Below, piece by piece: positions 44,758-55,020 of a stretch of DNA of 64,000 bases (position 1 is the first letter of the stretch; every line of letters begins with the position of its first letter). The notes beneath the pieces are model-generated. The model did not search any database, was not told the DNA's origin, and worked only from the letters and a program-made list of their open reading frames with translations. Source of the DNA: a plasmid; the sequence record NZ_CP083859.1; one strand, 5' to 3'. The position numbers and the translations under genes are program-made.

Positions 44758-45144
44758 TGAACACTGGAGTGTTGTCTTGCGCACCCTCTTAGGGTACCCC
44801 CGGACACGAAAATATATAGCACTTAACTAATTAATAACCCTAATAATTTCGGGTTTTTAATGTGACTTTCTTTTCTGAACGGAAATAATAGTCATACAAT
44901 TTAATTTTCTTGTAATTACTCCTACTTTTAATCAGGTACTGGACGATGGATAACGACTCCCGCCCGAGAGGGAAAATCCGTCTGGTTACCTGGCGCTATA
45001 CTTAACCGATTGATCGACATGCCATGCTGGTAAAATATTAAAATCCTCCCCCATAAATCTGAACCACATGACAGGATTGATAGTCAGGCAGTATTTCACA
45101 TTCATTGCTAAAAAAATAAAAATAAGCATGCATCTTCTCGAAGA

Positions 45145-46059
45145 TTAATTACCTTCCATCTTGTAAAAAAGAATCAAATCCTCTAATAATATCTCGATTC
45201 CCGCTTTTTTTAATACATCTTTCCGCTCGGCATATATTTTCCTCAACATATCTTCAAACCCCTTGCCAAGATGAATTTGTTTATGGCAGTTGCAACATAG
45301 TGATATGATATTCTCTTCCACATCCAGTGAATTCTCAAAATAGTCTTGCTTTGACATCGGGACAATGTGATGAGGTTCTGTGTAATTTAGAGGAGAGTTT
45401 CGCCTTCTGAACGTTGGATGGTCGCAATTAATTTCACATTTATAATCAGCTTTGTTAAGCGCATTTTTTGAAACAGATTTACTTCTTGGGTATGAGAGTC
45501 CATTTTTGACTTCTATTGCAGCTTTCTTAGGTTTCGCTTTTTCGCTATACTCAAATGTCTGAGTAACGTCAAAGTGATTACTTTCTTCTAGAGCAGTGAT
45601 CAAATCATTATCTGAGTAAAAATCAATGCTTGAGCTTTCGTTCGTACTAAAAAAATCTAGTTCTTTTATTGCCTGAACAAGTTCTTCACGGATAGTCCAT
45701 AAATTTCGCTTTGGGTTTCCTTTAATTTCTCTACTTTTCATGACTGTAATGAATTTTGTCCCGGAAGCAATCTTTCCGACTCCTTTAACCTCGAATCGGC
45801 CAAGCTGCTTCTGAACTCTTCCACCCAACCCATTGATTACACCATTAGCACTCATACTGTGCAGGTCGTACTTCTTGCCGATATCGAAACATGTACAGGA
45901 ATGGTCTGGCTCAATGAACCATTTTTTTAACGCTGCAATACTTTTGTCATCAAAAACTTTTTTATCCCTTAATAAAATCTTCCATTCTTCAACGCTAATA
46001 TCTATATCACAGACGTATTCACCATCAATTACTTCACATATTTTTTCAATCATGTCCAT
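45145..46059 (-). CDS. HNH endonuclease with uncharacterised 200-aa N-terminal domain
   Basis: C-terminal HNH motif (EPHHIVPMS...NIISLCCNCHKQIH). AT-rich context, no partner methyltransferase gene adjacent. Confidence 0.6.
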   Translation of the reverse strand: MDMIEKICEVIDGEYVCDIDISVEEWKILLRDKKVFDDKSIAALKKWFIEPDHSCTCFDIGKKYDLHSMSANGVINGLGGRVQKQLGRFEVKGVGKIASGTKFITVMKSREIKGNPKRNLWTIREELVQAIKELDFFSTNESSSIDFYSDNDLITALEESNHFDVTQTFEYSEKAKPKKAAIEVKNGLSYPRSKSVSKNALNKADYKCEINCDHPTFRRRNSPLNYTEPHHIVPMSKQDYFENSLDVEENIISLCCNCHKQIHLGKGFEDMLRKIYAERKDVLKKAGIEILLEDLILFYKMEGN

Positions 46060-46689
46060 AACTCTCTTGTAACACAGGCTTTGTAATAATGTAAAATCCG
46101 TTACACGGCGTTGTATGTAATGTCATTGTCTCTTGGACTCCTACAGTCCAAAACAACTTTGTGTTTTGTTGTCCAAAAACTTTTTGTTGCCGTGAGTTCT
46201 CACTGAGATAAATCTCGCCTTGAGCGTATCACATCAGCAGACTTCCTCTCAACCTTATGGACTTAACCCGGTCATTCTTCACGACAAAGAAAGTACGGCA
46301 TTTTACATGACGAAGAGACGGTCTCAGCTTCACATGACCGGATAACGTTTTTAATGTACTTCATTATTACGGCACGGGTGTTCAACGAGTATTTTTAAAT
46401 ATTAATCATTTTGTTTAACGGGTGGATACCTACAAATTTTAACATTTACTAATCAAGATAGCAGTTGTACGTACTTTCCCGGCAAAAATCCTGAGGTTTA
46501 CAGATTCCCTCACCGTAACAGACCCGGTCATTCCCCTGGTCCTCCGGAGAGTCTAGTACGAGTGATAAACGTGAATTCCTGTACCTGAAGTTCAGCCGCT
46601 GGCAGATAAGTCGTGAACTATAATTACACTCAGTCAGATCCAAACACCTTTTCATCTGCATATATACTTTGTACATACCAGGAGATTAC

Positions 46690-47664
46690 ATGCAGGCACC
46701 CGGTATACCGGAGAATGAAGAACAGAGGCTGAAGTCCCTGTATATTACCGGCCTTCTTGATACCCGTGACGATGAGCGTTTTGAACGCCTGACGCGGCTG
46801 GCCCGCAAAGCCTTTCAGGTCCCGGTGGCCCTGATAAGCCTGCTGGATCGCGAGCGCCAGTGGCTCCTCGCCTGCCAGGGCGTCGGCGTGCGCGAAACCC
46901 CGCGTAACATCTCGTTCTGCGGGCATGCCATTCTGCAGGAGGGGCCCTTCATTGTTCACGACGCAGCTGCTGATGAGCGGTTCCGTGACAATCCCCTGGT
47001 CACCGGTGAGCCCCACATCCGGTTCTACGCCGGCCAGCCGGTGAACCTGCCCGACGGCACGGTGGCCGGCACGCTGTGCCTGATCCACACCGTTCCCCGC
47101 GCCTTCACGGATGATGACATTGCGTCCCTCCGGGATCTGGCCTGTATCGTGGAAGACGAATTCGAGGCCATCAGCATGGCCATGACGGACAGCCTGACGG
47201 GCATTCCCAACCGGCGCGGGTTTTACCGCGCCGGCGAAAAACTCTTCCGCGCGATGAACCGGCAGGATGCGTCGTTCAGCCTCATCTATTTCGATCTGGA
47301 CAGGTTCAAACCGGTGAACGATCTCTGGGGACACGCAGAGGGAGACGAGGTGCTGAAGGTTTTTGCCGGCTTTTTACATCAGCACCTCGAACCGGGCGAA
47401 ATAGCAGGCCGCCTCGGCGGGGATGAGTTTGCCGCCCTGATCCGGCGAAACGGGAACACGAGTTCTTTTCTGCAAGCGCTGAGTGCCAGTTTGGATCATT
47501 ACAATGACACCTCGGGTAAGCCCTACAACATCAATTATTCCTTTGGCGAACTGATCAATAACGCAGACCAGTACGCGACGCTGGCGGAAATGATCGGCAA
47601 ATGTGACGAAGTGATGTACCTGAAGAAAAAACGAAAGACCCTCTCCCGGAAAGCAGAACCGTGA
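46690..47664 (+). CDS. GAF-GGDEF diguanylate cyclase (intact paralogue of 5206-6169)
   Basis: AGGAG RBS, GAF-like N-domain, RLGGDEF active-site motif. GC-rich gene in an AT-rich neighbourhood. Confidence 0.8.
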   Translation: MQAPGIPENEEQRLKSLYITGLLDTRDDERFERLTRLARKAFQVPVALISLLDRERQWLLACQGVGVRETPRNISFCGHAILQEGPFIVHDAAADERFRDNPLVTGEPHIRFYAGQPVNLPDGTVAGTLCLIHTVPRAFTDDDIASLRDLACIVEDEFEAISMAMTDSLTGIPNRRGFYRAGEKLFRAMNRQDASFSLIYFDLDRFKPVNDLWGHAEGDEVLKVFAGFLHQHLEPGEIAGRLGGDEFAALIRRNGNTSSFLQALSASLDHYNDTSGKPYNINYSFGELINNADQYATLAEMIGKCDEVMYLKKKRKTLSRKAEP

Positions 47665-48295
47665 CGCTTTCCTTCCCGGCTGATCCCCTGCCCCGGGGTT
47701 CAGCCGGACGGCAGGAACAATATATTTAACCTCATGGCGCATAAAGTCATTTATATTTGCTCATGGAGCAATAATCCTCTCATCGCAACAATTACTCGTT
47801 TTTTGTGTCCATGCTGCAATAATTCCTCTCTTCCTCTCCCGAGATCTGAAAAATAGGCAAAGTCGGAAATATCACGCTCGGCTGCCTGGAGGGAACTTGA
47901 ATGCGGGACGGCCGTTAACAGCATGAGCAGTGACTTTCATTAGGTTTGGTTATTCAAAGCTGGATGCACATCGCAGTTAGCTCCCGGACAGAATGGGAGC
48001 CCTGATTTTCCCTTTTTCAAATGTGGAAATGATTTACGTCAAACCGGAACGGGGCTTATAATCAGCTGTCGTCACCTCGGGTGTTCCCCTCTGCGCTTTT
48101 TACCGCCTGTAAATGGTTACAGGGACTTCCGGCAGTAGCCGGACTGTAAAAGGAAACCCGCCATGAAACCGAAAATTGTACCCGTTGTACGGTATACACG
48201 TTTTCGTTTCGGGCGCGTAGAGCATGTGCGTAATCACATGCGCTCGCTCCCGACGCGTTAAGTGAACGGTACCCGCAGGTGACGATACTCTTTGT

Positions 48296-50506
48296 TTACG
48301 CCTCTGTTTCCGGCCGTTCTTCGGATTCACCCATCATGGCAAGATAGTGTTCATGGTCATCAGTGTGAATAAACACTTTCCTGAACATGTTCAGATAGCG
48401 TTCCTTATCGATGACGCCGGTTGAGAAAAGATTTCTACCGTCCGAATGCGAGTGGCGGTTGATGGCCCGGTAAAATGAATCATATTCTCCGGCATCGCTG
48501 TGTTCCGTTGCCAGAGACTCCAGGGCTTCTTTAAGCTTTTCATTCTTGCAGGAAAAGCTGAAATAATACTCCAGAATATTCCTCATCGTATTGAACAGCA
48601 CCACGGGCTGGGTTTTCGCATCCCTGACGTCTTTCAGTGTCTGCCATAACGCCTGATATTCATTGAGCATTTCGTGCATGGAAAGCGTTTCGCAGGAACT
48701 GTAATCCGACTTGATGATGCGAAACAGCGACCAGTTTGCTGGCGCTTTCCTGCCATCCTGCAGGCGGCCGCTGTTCAGCAGCATCTCCTGGAAGAAAAAC
48801 ATATTATGCGTCAGTATCACCACATGTCTCGCTGCAGCGGCCTTAATTATCTTCCGCTTAATGAGTGCTGCAACTTCATAGATATAGTTATGTGACAGGC
48901 TGGAAATCGGGTCATCAATCACAATGAGTTTATTTTCCGGATGGATGGTTTCCGGGGTAAGACTGCCCGAACACGATTCGATGAAATAGAGAAAAGCAAC
49001 CATTGTTTTCTCACCCTCACTGAGGGATTTGAAGACTTCCGCCTTTTCTGGCTCGCTTCCCCGGCGAAGACGGTACAGTTTCATCTCTGCATCATGGCAG
49101 ATGATTTCAAAGCCGGTGATCCCCAGCAGCCTGAGATTCGCATTGATACTGTTAATGGTTGGCTGGATGTCGGAGAGCTGTCCGGTCAGCCTGTTCGTCT
49201 CATCATCCAGTGTTTTCTTACTGGCAGCCAGGGCGCCGACTTCACGCAATCTGGTGTCGATTTCGTTCTGCAGTTCGCCAAGCTGCCGGTCACGCCCGGC
49301 AAAGAACTCCTCACAAATTCCCCTGAGGTGCGCCATAACTTCCGTATACAGGTTCTGTTTTTCCTGACTGAAGTTTTCAGCAAGACGGTTGTTTTCCCGT
49401 ACCCGGATATTTAAAACGTCCACTTCCTTCCGGAGCTGCACCAGGGGATCCTGAACGTTCTCGGGTTGTACCTGCCGGGAAGGCTCTTTAATTTTAGTAA
49501 GGAGCTGCTGTAACAGGATCCGGAAGCCTTTATTGACCGTTTTCACCAGGCTTAAAATCTGACTGTCCTCATCAACGAAAGCATGGGTCGTAACACGGCG
49601 TTCTAATTCGGCCAGGGCATCACAGTCCTGAGCAAGTCGTTCTGCGGCCTGGCTCAGCGCCCCGAGAGACGTCTGGTATGACTCATCAAACATCTGAATG
49701 AGTTCGCGCGAAAAGGCCGTGACATCCAGGGACTGCTGGCAGAATGGGCAGATATCGTCGTGTATATACTGCTGTCCCTGGCGCACCCAGTCAGCATTAC
49801 CGATCTTCTGAATGAGAGCAGAGAATTGCGTACTGCTTGCAGGCATCACGGGTTCCTGCATCAGTGTCAGGGTGTCTTCCGTTAAAACAGTTGTCGGGGG
49901 AATATGAATTTCGGCGACAAGCGTTCCTTCGCTCTGACTTAACATCCGCCATTTATCCGCCAGCGCCTCAGCCGTGGTGCTAACCTCCGACAGCGGTGTT
50001 GCCACCATACGTTCGTAAAACGATCGTTTAATTTTAGCGCCATCCAGGAAATCGCTGAGGATTTTCCTGTCATTGACTGTCCGGTTGAAAATATCTTTGG
50101 CACAGCTGTCAGTGACCGTTTCCTTCATACCTTCCTTCTCGGCGATCTCCTCATTCAGCTTATCTGTCCGGGCACTCAGTTTTGCGCTTTCTTTATTATT
50201 ACTGTTTATTTTGTCCTGGCTTTCCTGATTGGCCTCGCTGAGGGTGAAGATCCCGGGCTGATAGTCAGAACGGGTGAACTTACTGTCAATGTATTCCTGA
50301 TTAAAGACCTGAAAGTGGCTGACGTGCGGGCTCTCAAAGGTGCAGTGCCGGTATTTATCCGCCTGCCGGTCATAGAAATAGCCTGATACCGTGGATTTTC
50401 CTGAGCCGTTCTGGCCATAGATGAGTGTCACCTTACTGCTGAGATCAAAGCAGATATCCCTGTCAGGCGCGTAGCTTCTGACGCCCCGGATCCTGAGTTG
50501 AGCCAT
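48296..50506 (-). CDS. Rad50/SMC-like ABC ATPase with coiled-coil CxxC hook; candidate RloC-type anticodon nuclease
   Basis: Walker A GQNGSGKST, long coiled coil containing CPFC, signature-like LSEGEK, Walker B/D-loop LIVIDDPISSLS, H-loop ILTHN. The C-terminal 170 aa carry R-x3-E (RNILE) and N-x2-S-H (NRHSH), as in PrrC/RloC nuclease domains. AAGGAG RBS at the internal Met (50506). Confidence 0.45.
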   Translation of the reverse strand: MAQLRIRGVRSYAPDRDICFDLSSKVTLIYGQNGSGKSTVSGYFYDRQADKYRHCTFESPHVSHFQVFNQEYIDSKFTRSDYQPGIFTLSEANQESQDKINSNNKESAKLSARTDKLNEEIAEKEGMKETVTDSCAKDIFNRTVNDRKILSDFLDGAKIKRSFYERMVATPLSEVSTTAEALADKWRMLSQSEGTLVAEIHIPPTTVLTEDTLTLMQEPVMPASSTQFSALIQKIGNADWVRQGQQYIHDDICPFCQQSLDVTAFSRELIQMFDESYQTSLGALSQAAERLAQDCDALAELERRVTTHAFVDEDSQILSLVKTVNKGFRILLQQLLTKIKEPSRQVQPENVQDPLVQLRKEVDVLNIRVRENNRLAENFSQEKQNLYTEVMAHLRGICEEFFAGRDRQLGELQNEIDTRLREVGALAASKKTLDDETNRLTGQLSDIQPTINSINANLRLLGITGFEIICHDAEMKLYRLRRGSEPEKAEVFKSLSEGEKTMVAFLYFIESCSGSLTPETIHPENKLIVIDDPISSLSHNYIYEVAALIKRKIIKAAAARHVVILTHNMFFFQEMLLNSGRLQDGRKAPANWSLFRIIKSDYSSCETLSMHEMLNEYQALWQTLKDVRDAKTQPVVLFNTMRNILEYYFSFSCKNEKLKEALESLATEHSDAGEYDSFYRAINRHSHSDGRNLFSTGVIDKERYLNMFRKVFIHTDDHEHYLAMMGESEERPETEA

Positions 50507-51106
50507 TTTTTTCTCCTTGTTGTTCCCTGAGTTTGCCCAGTCTTTCCATCGTAGCCCACTTTGCATTCGGGTTATGTCATCCCGATCAGATTTATCTTAA
50601 CCACTCCTGCGCGCTAAACCTGACATGACAGGACGGGATAGATCGCGGAATTTGTTTTGGTGTATTAATGCAGAACTGGCAACAAAAATAATGTTTTTGT
50701 GCGCTTTGGTTATTAATACCTTAATAACAATAATCTCATTACATTATTGCTTAATATGCAGCAGTATCTTTCCTTCGTCTTGAAGATCCGAAAACCCTGA
50801 GTTCCGGATCACGGCGATTTTCTGCGCTGATTTGTGAAACGAAAATTAAAAATGTGCTACACTTTAAGTAGTTAGATAACTTTCACCCTCTCCGCATCAG
50901 ACCGACCTGACGAGTAAATCCTGTTAATCTGTTCATCATCGCTTCCGAAAACTTTGCTATTATGAATTTTTCGGAAGTCAAAAAGAGTGAGATCCGGTAA
51001 TTGCGGGCGGTGACTGTTATTCTGCTAATCACTGCGGGCGGGCAACGGAATGTTCTGCTGGCGATGATAAATAAATAGAACTAATAGATATTAAATAATA
51101 AGGAAG

Positions 51107-51403
51107 TTGATTATGAATATGAAAATTACACTGAGTGTTTTATTTGAGGCTCTCATAATCCTTGGGCATGACAGAGTCTGGATGGAAGAATCGGAGTTTG
51201 AGCACATATACGGATACGGCTGCTACCGTGAGATACACACTTGGGACGATCGCACAGTTGCCTGGTGGGATGATGCTGATGACACATGGTATCTGTCCAC
51301 AGAAGTCGATGTGATAACTCCTTTCCTTGGCCCTCTCCCAAAGAAAGAAGGAGAGCTCTCCGAGGAAAAATGCTTCCAGTTAATGACTCTTGGTCGCTAC
51401 TGA
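51107..51403 (+). CDS. Hypothetical protein (98 aa, acidic, Trp-rich)
   Basis: ORF in an AT-rich region upstream of, and divergent from, the ABC ATPase gene. Confidence 0.35.
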   Translation: MIMNMKITLSVLFEALIILGHDRVWMEESEFEHIYGYGCYREIHTWDDRTVAWWDDADDTWYLSTEVDVITPFLGPLPKKEGELSEEKCFQLMTLGRY

Positions 51404-51533
51404 TAGCCGACAGCAGCATTTAATGAGTGGTCGGCTGGACACCCTCTGGCGGCCACATGTCACTCGATAGTGTAGTCCGGCGGGATTTCTCCCTGAAGAT
51501 GATCCAGACATTAACGTAAAGGATACAGGAACG

Positions 51534-52064
51534 ATGTGTAAACTGACCGGTTTTATAATGGGGCTGACGATCCTGCTGGGTGTGACTGCACGGGATGCAG
51601 GGGCGGCAACGCTCAGTGAAATGCGGATGGTTAATGCCAGTCAGAAACCCGGGATGGTGATTATCTGCAGCCGGACCTCGGAGATTCCGCAGAAAGGTGA
51701 ATCCCCCGTTCGTATAGAAAGTCTCCTCAGGGGCGTGGTACTGCAGAACGACGGTGATCGCATGATGTTTGACGTGACCTATACACAGCGAAACGCTGAA
51801 GAGAGTATTCCTTTTCGTACGGAAAAATACCGGCTGACCACTGAGCTGGAAGCCACCCGCCAGAAAATGGCCATCGATCCTGAGACGATAGAACTATCGC
51901 TTCCGCGTGCCCGCGGTCTTGAAGAAACTTTTCTCGCGGGGATGAAAGCAAGCCCGGTTTCGTTTGAAGATTACACCAATTACCGTGTCAAATCTGCTAC
52001 CGAGTATCTGATCCTGCCGGGTCCGGCATCCCCGGATGCACCGGTGATGCACTGCACACTCTAA
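51534..52064 (+). CDS. Hypothetical secreted protein (signal peptide)
   Basis: N-terminal hydrophobic leader ...LGVTARDAGAA. No motif recognised. Confidence 0.4.
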   Translation: MCKLTGFIMGLTILLGVTARDAGAATLSEMRMVNASQKPGMVIICSRTSEIPQKGESPVRIESLLRGVVLQNDGDRMMFDVTYTQRNAEESIPFRTEKYRLTTELEATRQKMAIDPETIELSLPRARGLEETFLAGMKASPVSFEDYTNYRVKSATEYLILPGPASPDAPVMHCTL

Positions 52065-52082
52065 TGACAATGGTGACATAAC

Positions 52083-52859
52083 ATGATGCCAGCACTGCCA
52101 GGCCATAGCGGGGCTTTTTCCTCTGCTCAGCTACCGGTGGCCATCGATTACCCGGCCGCGCTGGCACTGCGCCAGATGGCGCTCGTTCAGGACGAACTGC
52201 CGAAATACCTGCTGGCGCCGGAAGTGAGCGCCCTGCTCCACTACGTGCCCGATCTTCACCGTAAGATGCTGCTGACCACCCTGTGGAACACCGGCGCCCG
52301 TATTAACGAAGCACTGGCCCTGACCCGGAGTGATTTTTCCCTGGCCCCGCCCTACCCGTTCGTGCAACTGGCAACCCTCAAACAGCGGGTGGAGAAAGCG
52401 GCCCGAACGGCCGGCCGTGCTCCGGCCGGCAGCCAGCCTCATCGTAACGTTCCGCTTTCCGATCCGCAGTATGCCCGCCAGCTGGAAATGATGGTGGCCA
52501 CCCTGAAAATACCGCTGGAACGCCGGAATAAGCGCACCGGCAGAACGGAAAAGGTGCGCATCTGGGAGATCACCGACCGTACCGTTCGCACCTGGCTGGG
52601 CGAAGCTGTTAAAGCGGCAGCCGCCGACGGGGTGACGTTCTCCGTGCCGGTGACGCCACACACGTTCCGCCACTCCTACGCCATGCACATGCTGTATGCC
52701 GGAATTCCGCTGAAGGTGCTGCAGAGCCTGATGGGGCACAAGTCGATCAGCTCGACGGAAGTCTATACAAAGGTATTTGCTCTCGATGTTGCTGCAAGGC
52801 ATCGTGTGCAATTTTCAATGGCAGAGGCTGATGCTGTTGCCATGCTGAAAAAAAGATAA
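52083..52859 (+). CDS. Tyrosine site-specific recombinase (ResD/XerD-like plasmid multimer resolvase)
   Basis: C-terminal catalytic motifs (HTFRHSYAMHML...LMGHKSISSTEVY). Sits beside the RepFIB replicon, as resD does in F-like plasmids. Confidence 0.8.
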   Translation: MMPALPGHSGAFSSAQLPVAIDYPAALALRQMALVQDELPKYLLAPEVSALLHYVPDLHRKMLLTTLWNTGARINEALALTRSDFSLAPPYPFVQLATLKQRVEKAARTAGRAPAGSQPHRNVPLSDPQYARQLEMMVATLKIPLERRNKRTGRTEKVRIWEITDRTVRTWLGEAVKAAAADGVTFSVPVTPHTFRHSYAMHMLYAGIPLKVLQSLMGHKSISSTEVYTKVFALDVAARHRVQFSMAEADAVAMLKKR

Positions 52860-53139
52860 CTAAATTTGTCAAAATTTACAGACAGTTGTAATGACATCCA
52901 CTTATTCGATAATAAATTAATCTTGCGTTACGTGAAAACTGACAGGGGTCCAGGCTGTACCAGGCCGGAATTCACGTAACGCACTTTACGTCTTCTTCAT
53001 TACTTACCTTTTCGTTCCGATCCTGTTCATCCCTGCATTGCCCCCTTTTCTTCATAACGCATTTCACTGTTGCCGAAAGCCCATGGGGTCGACTTTGCGA
53101 CCGCGGCCGCACTCAGAAGGATGGCCACTTTAACCGGCG

Positions 53140-53290
53140 CCACCCTGGCGTACCTACTCGTCCCCGAAGTGAGAGCCCTACTCTTCTATATGCCGGATCT
53201 TCACCATTAAATGCTGTTCTCTACTTTCTGGAACACGGGAGTGCGGATCAGTGAATCCCGGACGCTGCCCCCGGAATCCTTTGATCTCGG
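53140..53290 (+). pseudogene. Decayed fragment of a second copy of the integrase gene
   Basis: Translates [38 protein letters not shown], versus YLLAPEVSALLHYVPDLHRKMLLTTLWNTGARINEALAL in the intact gene. Confidence 0.45.
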
Positions 53291-53364
53291 TGGGTTAAGA
53301 CCCTTTGTGAAAGTACTGGGCTAAGGGCATCCGCCCTGACGAACAATATTGACTAAGTGATGAA

Positions 53365-53541
53365 AGTAAACATATCGCAGTGAAGATGTTGAGCAGACTG
53401 CCCGCTCTTCCACACACCGCAGTCAATATCAATACTCTGGTAGGCCTATCCACATATCGCAGTCAAGGCAAGCAAAACCTAAACGGAATGATGAATCAGT
53501 ATAAATTGACTGTGGTATGCGCTCTGCATACCACAGTCAAC
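53365..53541. repeat. RepFIB-type iterons / operator upstream of repB (including an inverted pair at 53500-53541)
   Basis: Repeated CA(T/C)A(T/C)(A/C)(T/C)CGCAGTCAA units. The inverted pair TTGACTGTGGTATGCGCTCTGCATACCACAGTCAA overlaps the probable rep promoter. Confidence 0.6.
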
Positions 53542-53561
53542 AAACTCTAAAACGGCATTCC

Positions 53562-54572
53562 TCAGTCATTTCCCGGTTTCACGCTGGCGAGCGCTTTTGC
53601 TAGTTTCTGAGGATCAATACCTGCAGCCTTCAGGGCTTTAATAACTTCGTCATAGTTCTGCTCAGGTACTTCCTCTTCCGGCTCACGGGGAACAACGACC
53701 TTGCTACTGATGAGTTTCGGATTACGGTAATGCACGCTGAAGTAGGTGGCCCGGCCGCGTTTGAATTCGGTGTAATCCAGATAGCCGATATCCTTCAGCT
53801 GCGCCATGGCTTTGCGCACCGTGTGGTTCTGCGTGTAGAGGTTAGACGTCAGGTTGAGTCTGTCTCGCATACGCTTCATGGAGATGGGGGCCGGATTCTG
53901 TGGCAGACTTTCAATGTAGGTATAGAGTGCCTGTGCGGACTCCTTGCGCTGCAGGGCATCAATGGCTTTCAGACGCAACAGGACCCGCCTGTCCATCTGA
54001 TAAAGCTCAAAGAGCTTGGGCTCTGCCCTGATCTCCACGACATCGGCAGTGATGTCGTAATAGGCAGACTGAACCAGGTGCGTAGTCCACCCTTTCGTTT
54101 CACTCTGAAACTTGAGGGTTACGGATGCCAGCTTGAACAGGGAGTTGCTTATCCTGTCACGCATTTTCTTGTTAGAGCGCCGGGAGTCAAAGCCACACAT
54201 TTTAACAAACTCAACAAAAGACAGCTTGAGCGTGTCATCCTTAACGCCAAAATCATACATTGAACGGATGATTCCAAGCCAGACTTTGAAGTCCGTATCC
54301 ATATCGAGGCGCGATCCGGTGATCCTGACATCGGTATACCCTTCACTCCGGGCAATGGACAGCTGTACGAGCTCCTCAGTCGCATCCGTGACGTTTTTGC
54401 GGTTCGTCTTACTCCTAGAGGTCGATTTGAGGGTAGGAACGAACAGACCAAGCCTCATGAGCGCAACAGGCTGAACAGTACTGGCGCTGTTGACATCCAG
54501 CTTAACAACTTCACCCGTTGTCTTATTGACCTCCTGAAGATTCAGGGGTAACTCATTATTTTCCATAGCCAT
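53562..54572 (-). CDS. repB: Iteron-type replication initiator (RepFIB RepB / RepE-like)
   Basis: ...VQPVALMRLGLFVPTLKS...LSIARSEGY...AYYDITADVVEIRAEPKLFELYQ...GYLDYTEFKRGR matches RepFIB/P1 RepA-family initiators. Flanked by iterons on both sides. Confidence 0.9.
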   Translation of the reverse strand: MAMENNELPLNLQEVNKTTGEVVKLDVNSASTVQPVALMRLGLFVPTLKSTSRSKTNRKNVTDATEELVQLSIARSEGYTDVRITGSRLDMDTDFKVWLGIIRSMYDFGVKDDTLKLSFVEFVKMCGFDSRRSNKKMRDRISNSLFKLASVTLKFQSETKGWTTHLVQSAYYDITADVVEIRAEPKLFELYQMDRRVLLRLKAIDALQRKESAQALYTYIESLPQNPAPISMKRMRDRLNLTSNLYTQNHTVRKAMAQLKDIGYLDYTEFKRGRATYFSVHYRNPKLISSKVVVPREPEEEVPEQNYDEVIKALKAAGIDPQKLAKALASVKPGND

Positions 54573-54587
54573 TTTATTAACCCGCGG

Positions 54588-55020
54588 TTATCCACAAACG
54601 AAAGTATATACGCATATCACAGTCAACGGAAATACATACCCCAGTTAATACAATTGCATACCGCAATAGTTGATCTCGCACACAACAGTCAACATACCAC
54701 ACACCACAGTTAATGAAGATAGTCTCCAGGATCAGGCGTAGCGGGGCGCTAAACGATCCGGGGATCTCTTTTTGATCTCAACATGATCTCCTTAAGGATC
54801 AATTACTGGATCGAAATATGGAATAACAGCCAGCATCCAATACATATGGACCACTGACATGACACAATGTGAATCTTGGTACAACAACCCAGTAATACAA
54901 CACCAGGAAAGGCAATAGTCTTGACTGTGATATGCAGAAAAATGCATGTCATTACTCTTCCCTATTCCTATTCAGCTTCATACCGCAGTCAATAATCTGC
55001 ATACTATAGTCAATTCCTTA
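54588..55020. repeat. oriV of the RepFIB replicon: DnaA box (TTATCCACA, 54588-54596) plus iteron array
   Basis: DnaA box immediately followed by at least 7 direct or inverted ...CACAGTCAA(C/T)... iterons. Confidence 0.6.

Noticed and set aside
46630-47334. 234-aa ORF antisense to the GAF-GGDEF gene
   Set aside because: Antisense frame of a GC-rich, well-supported gene. No start context.
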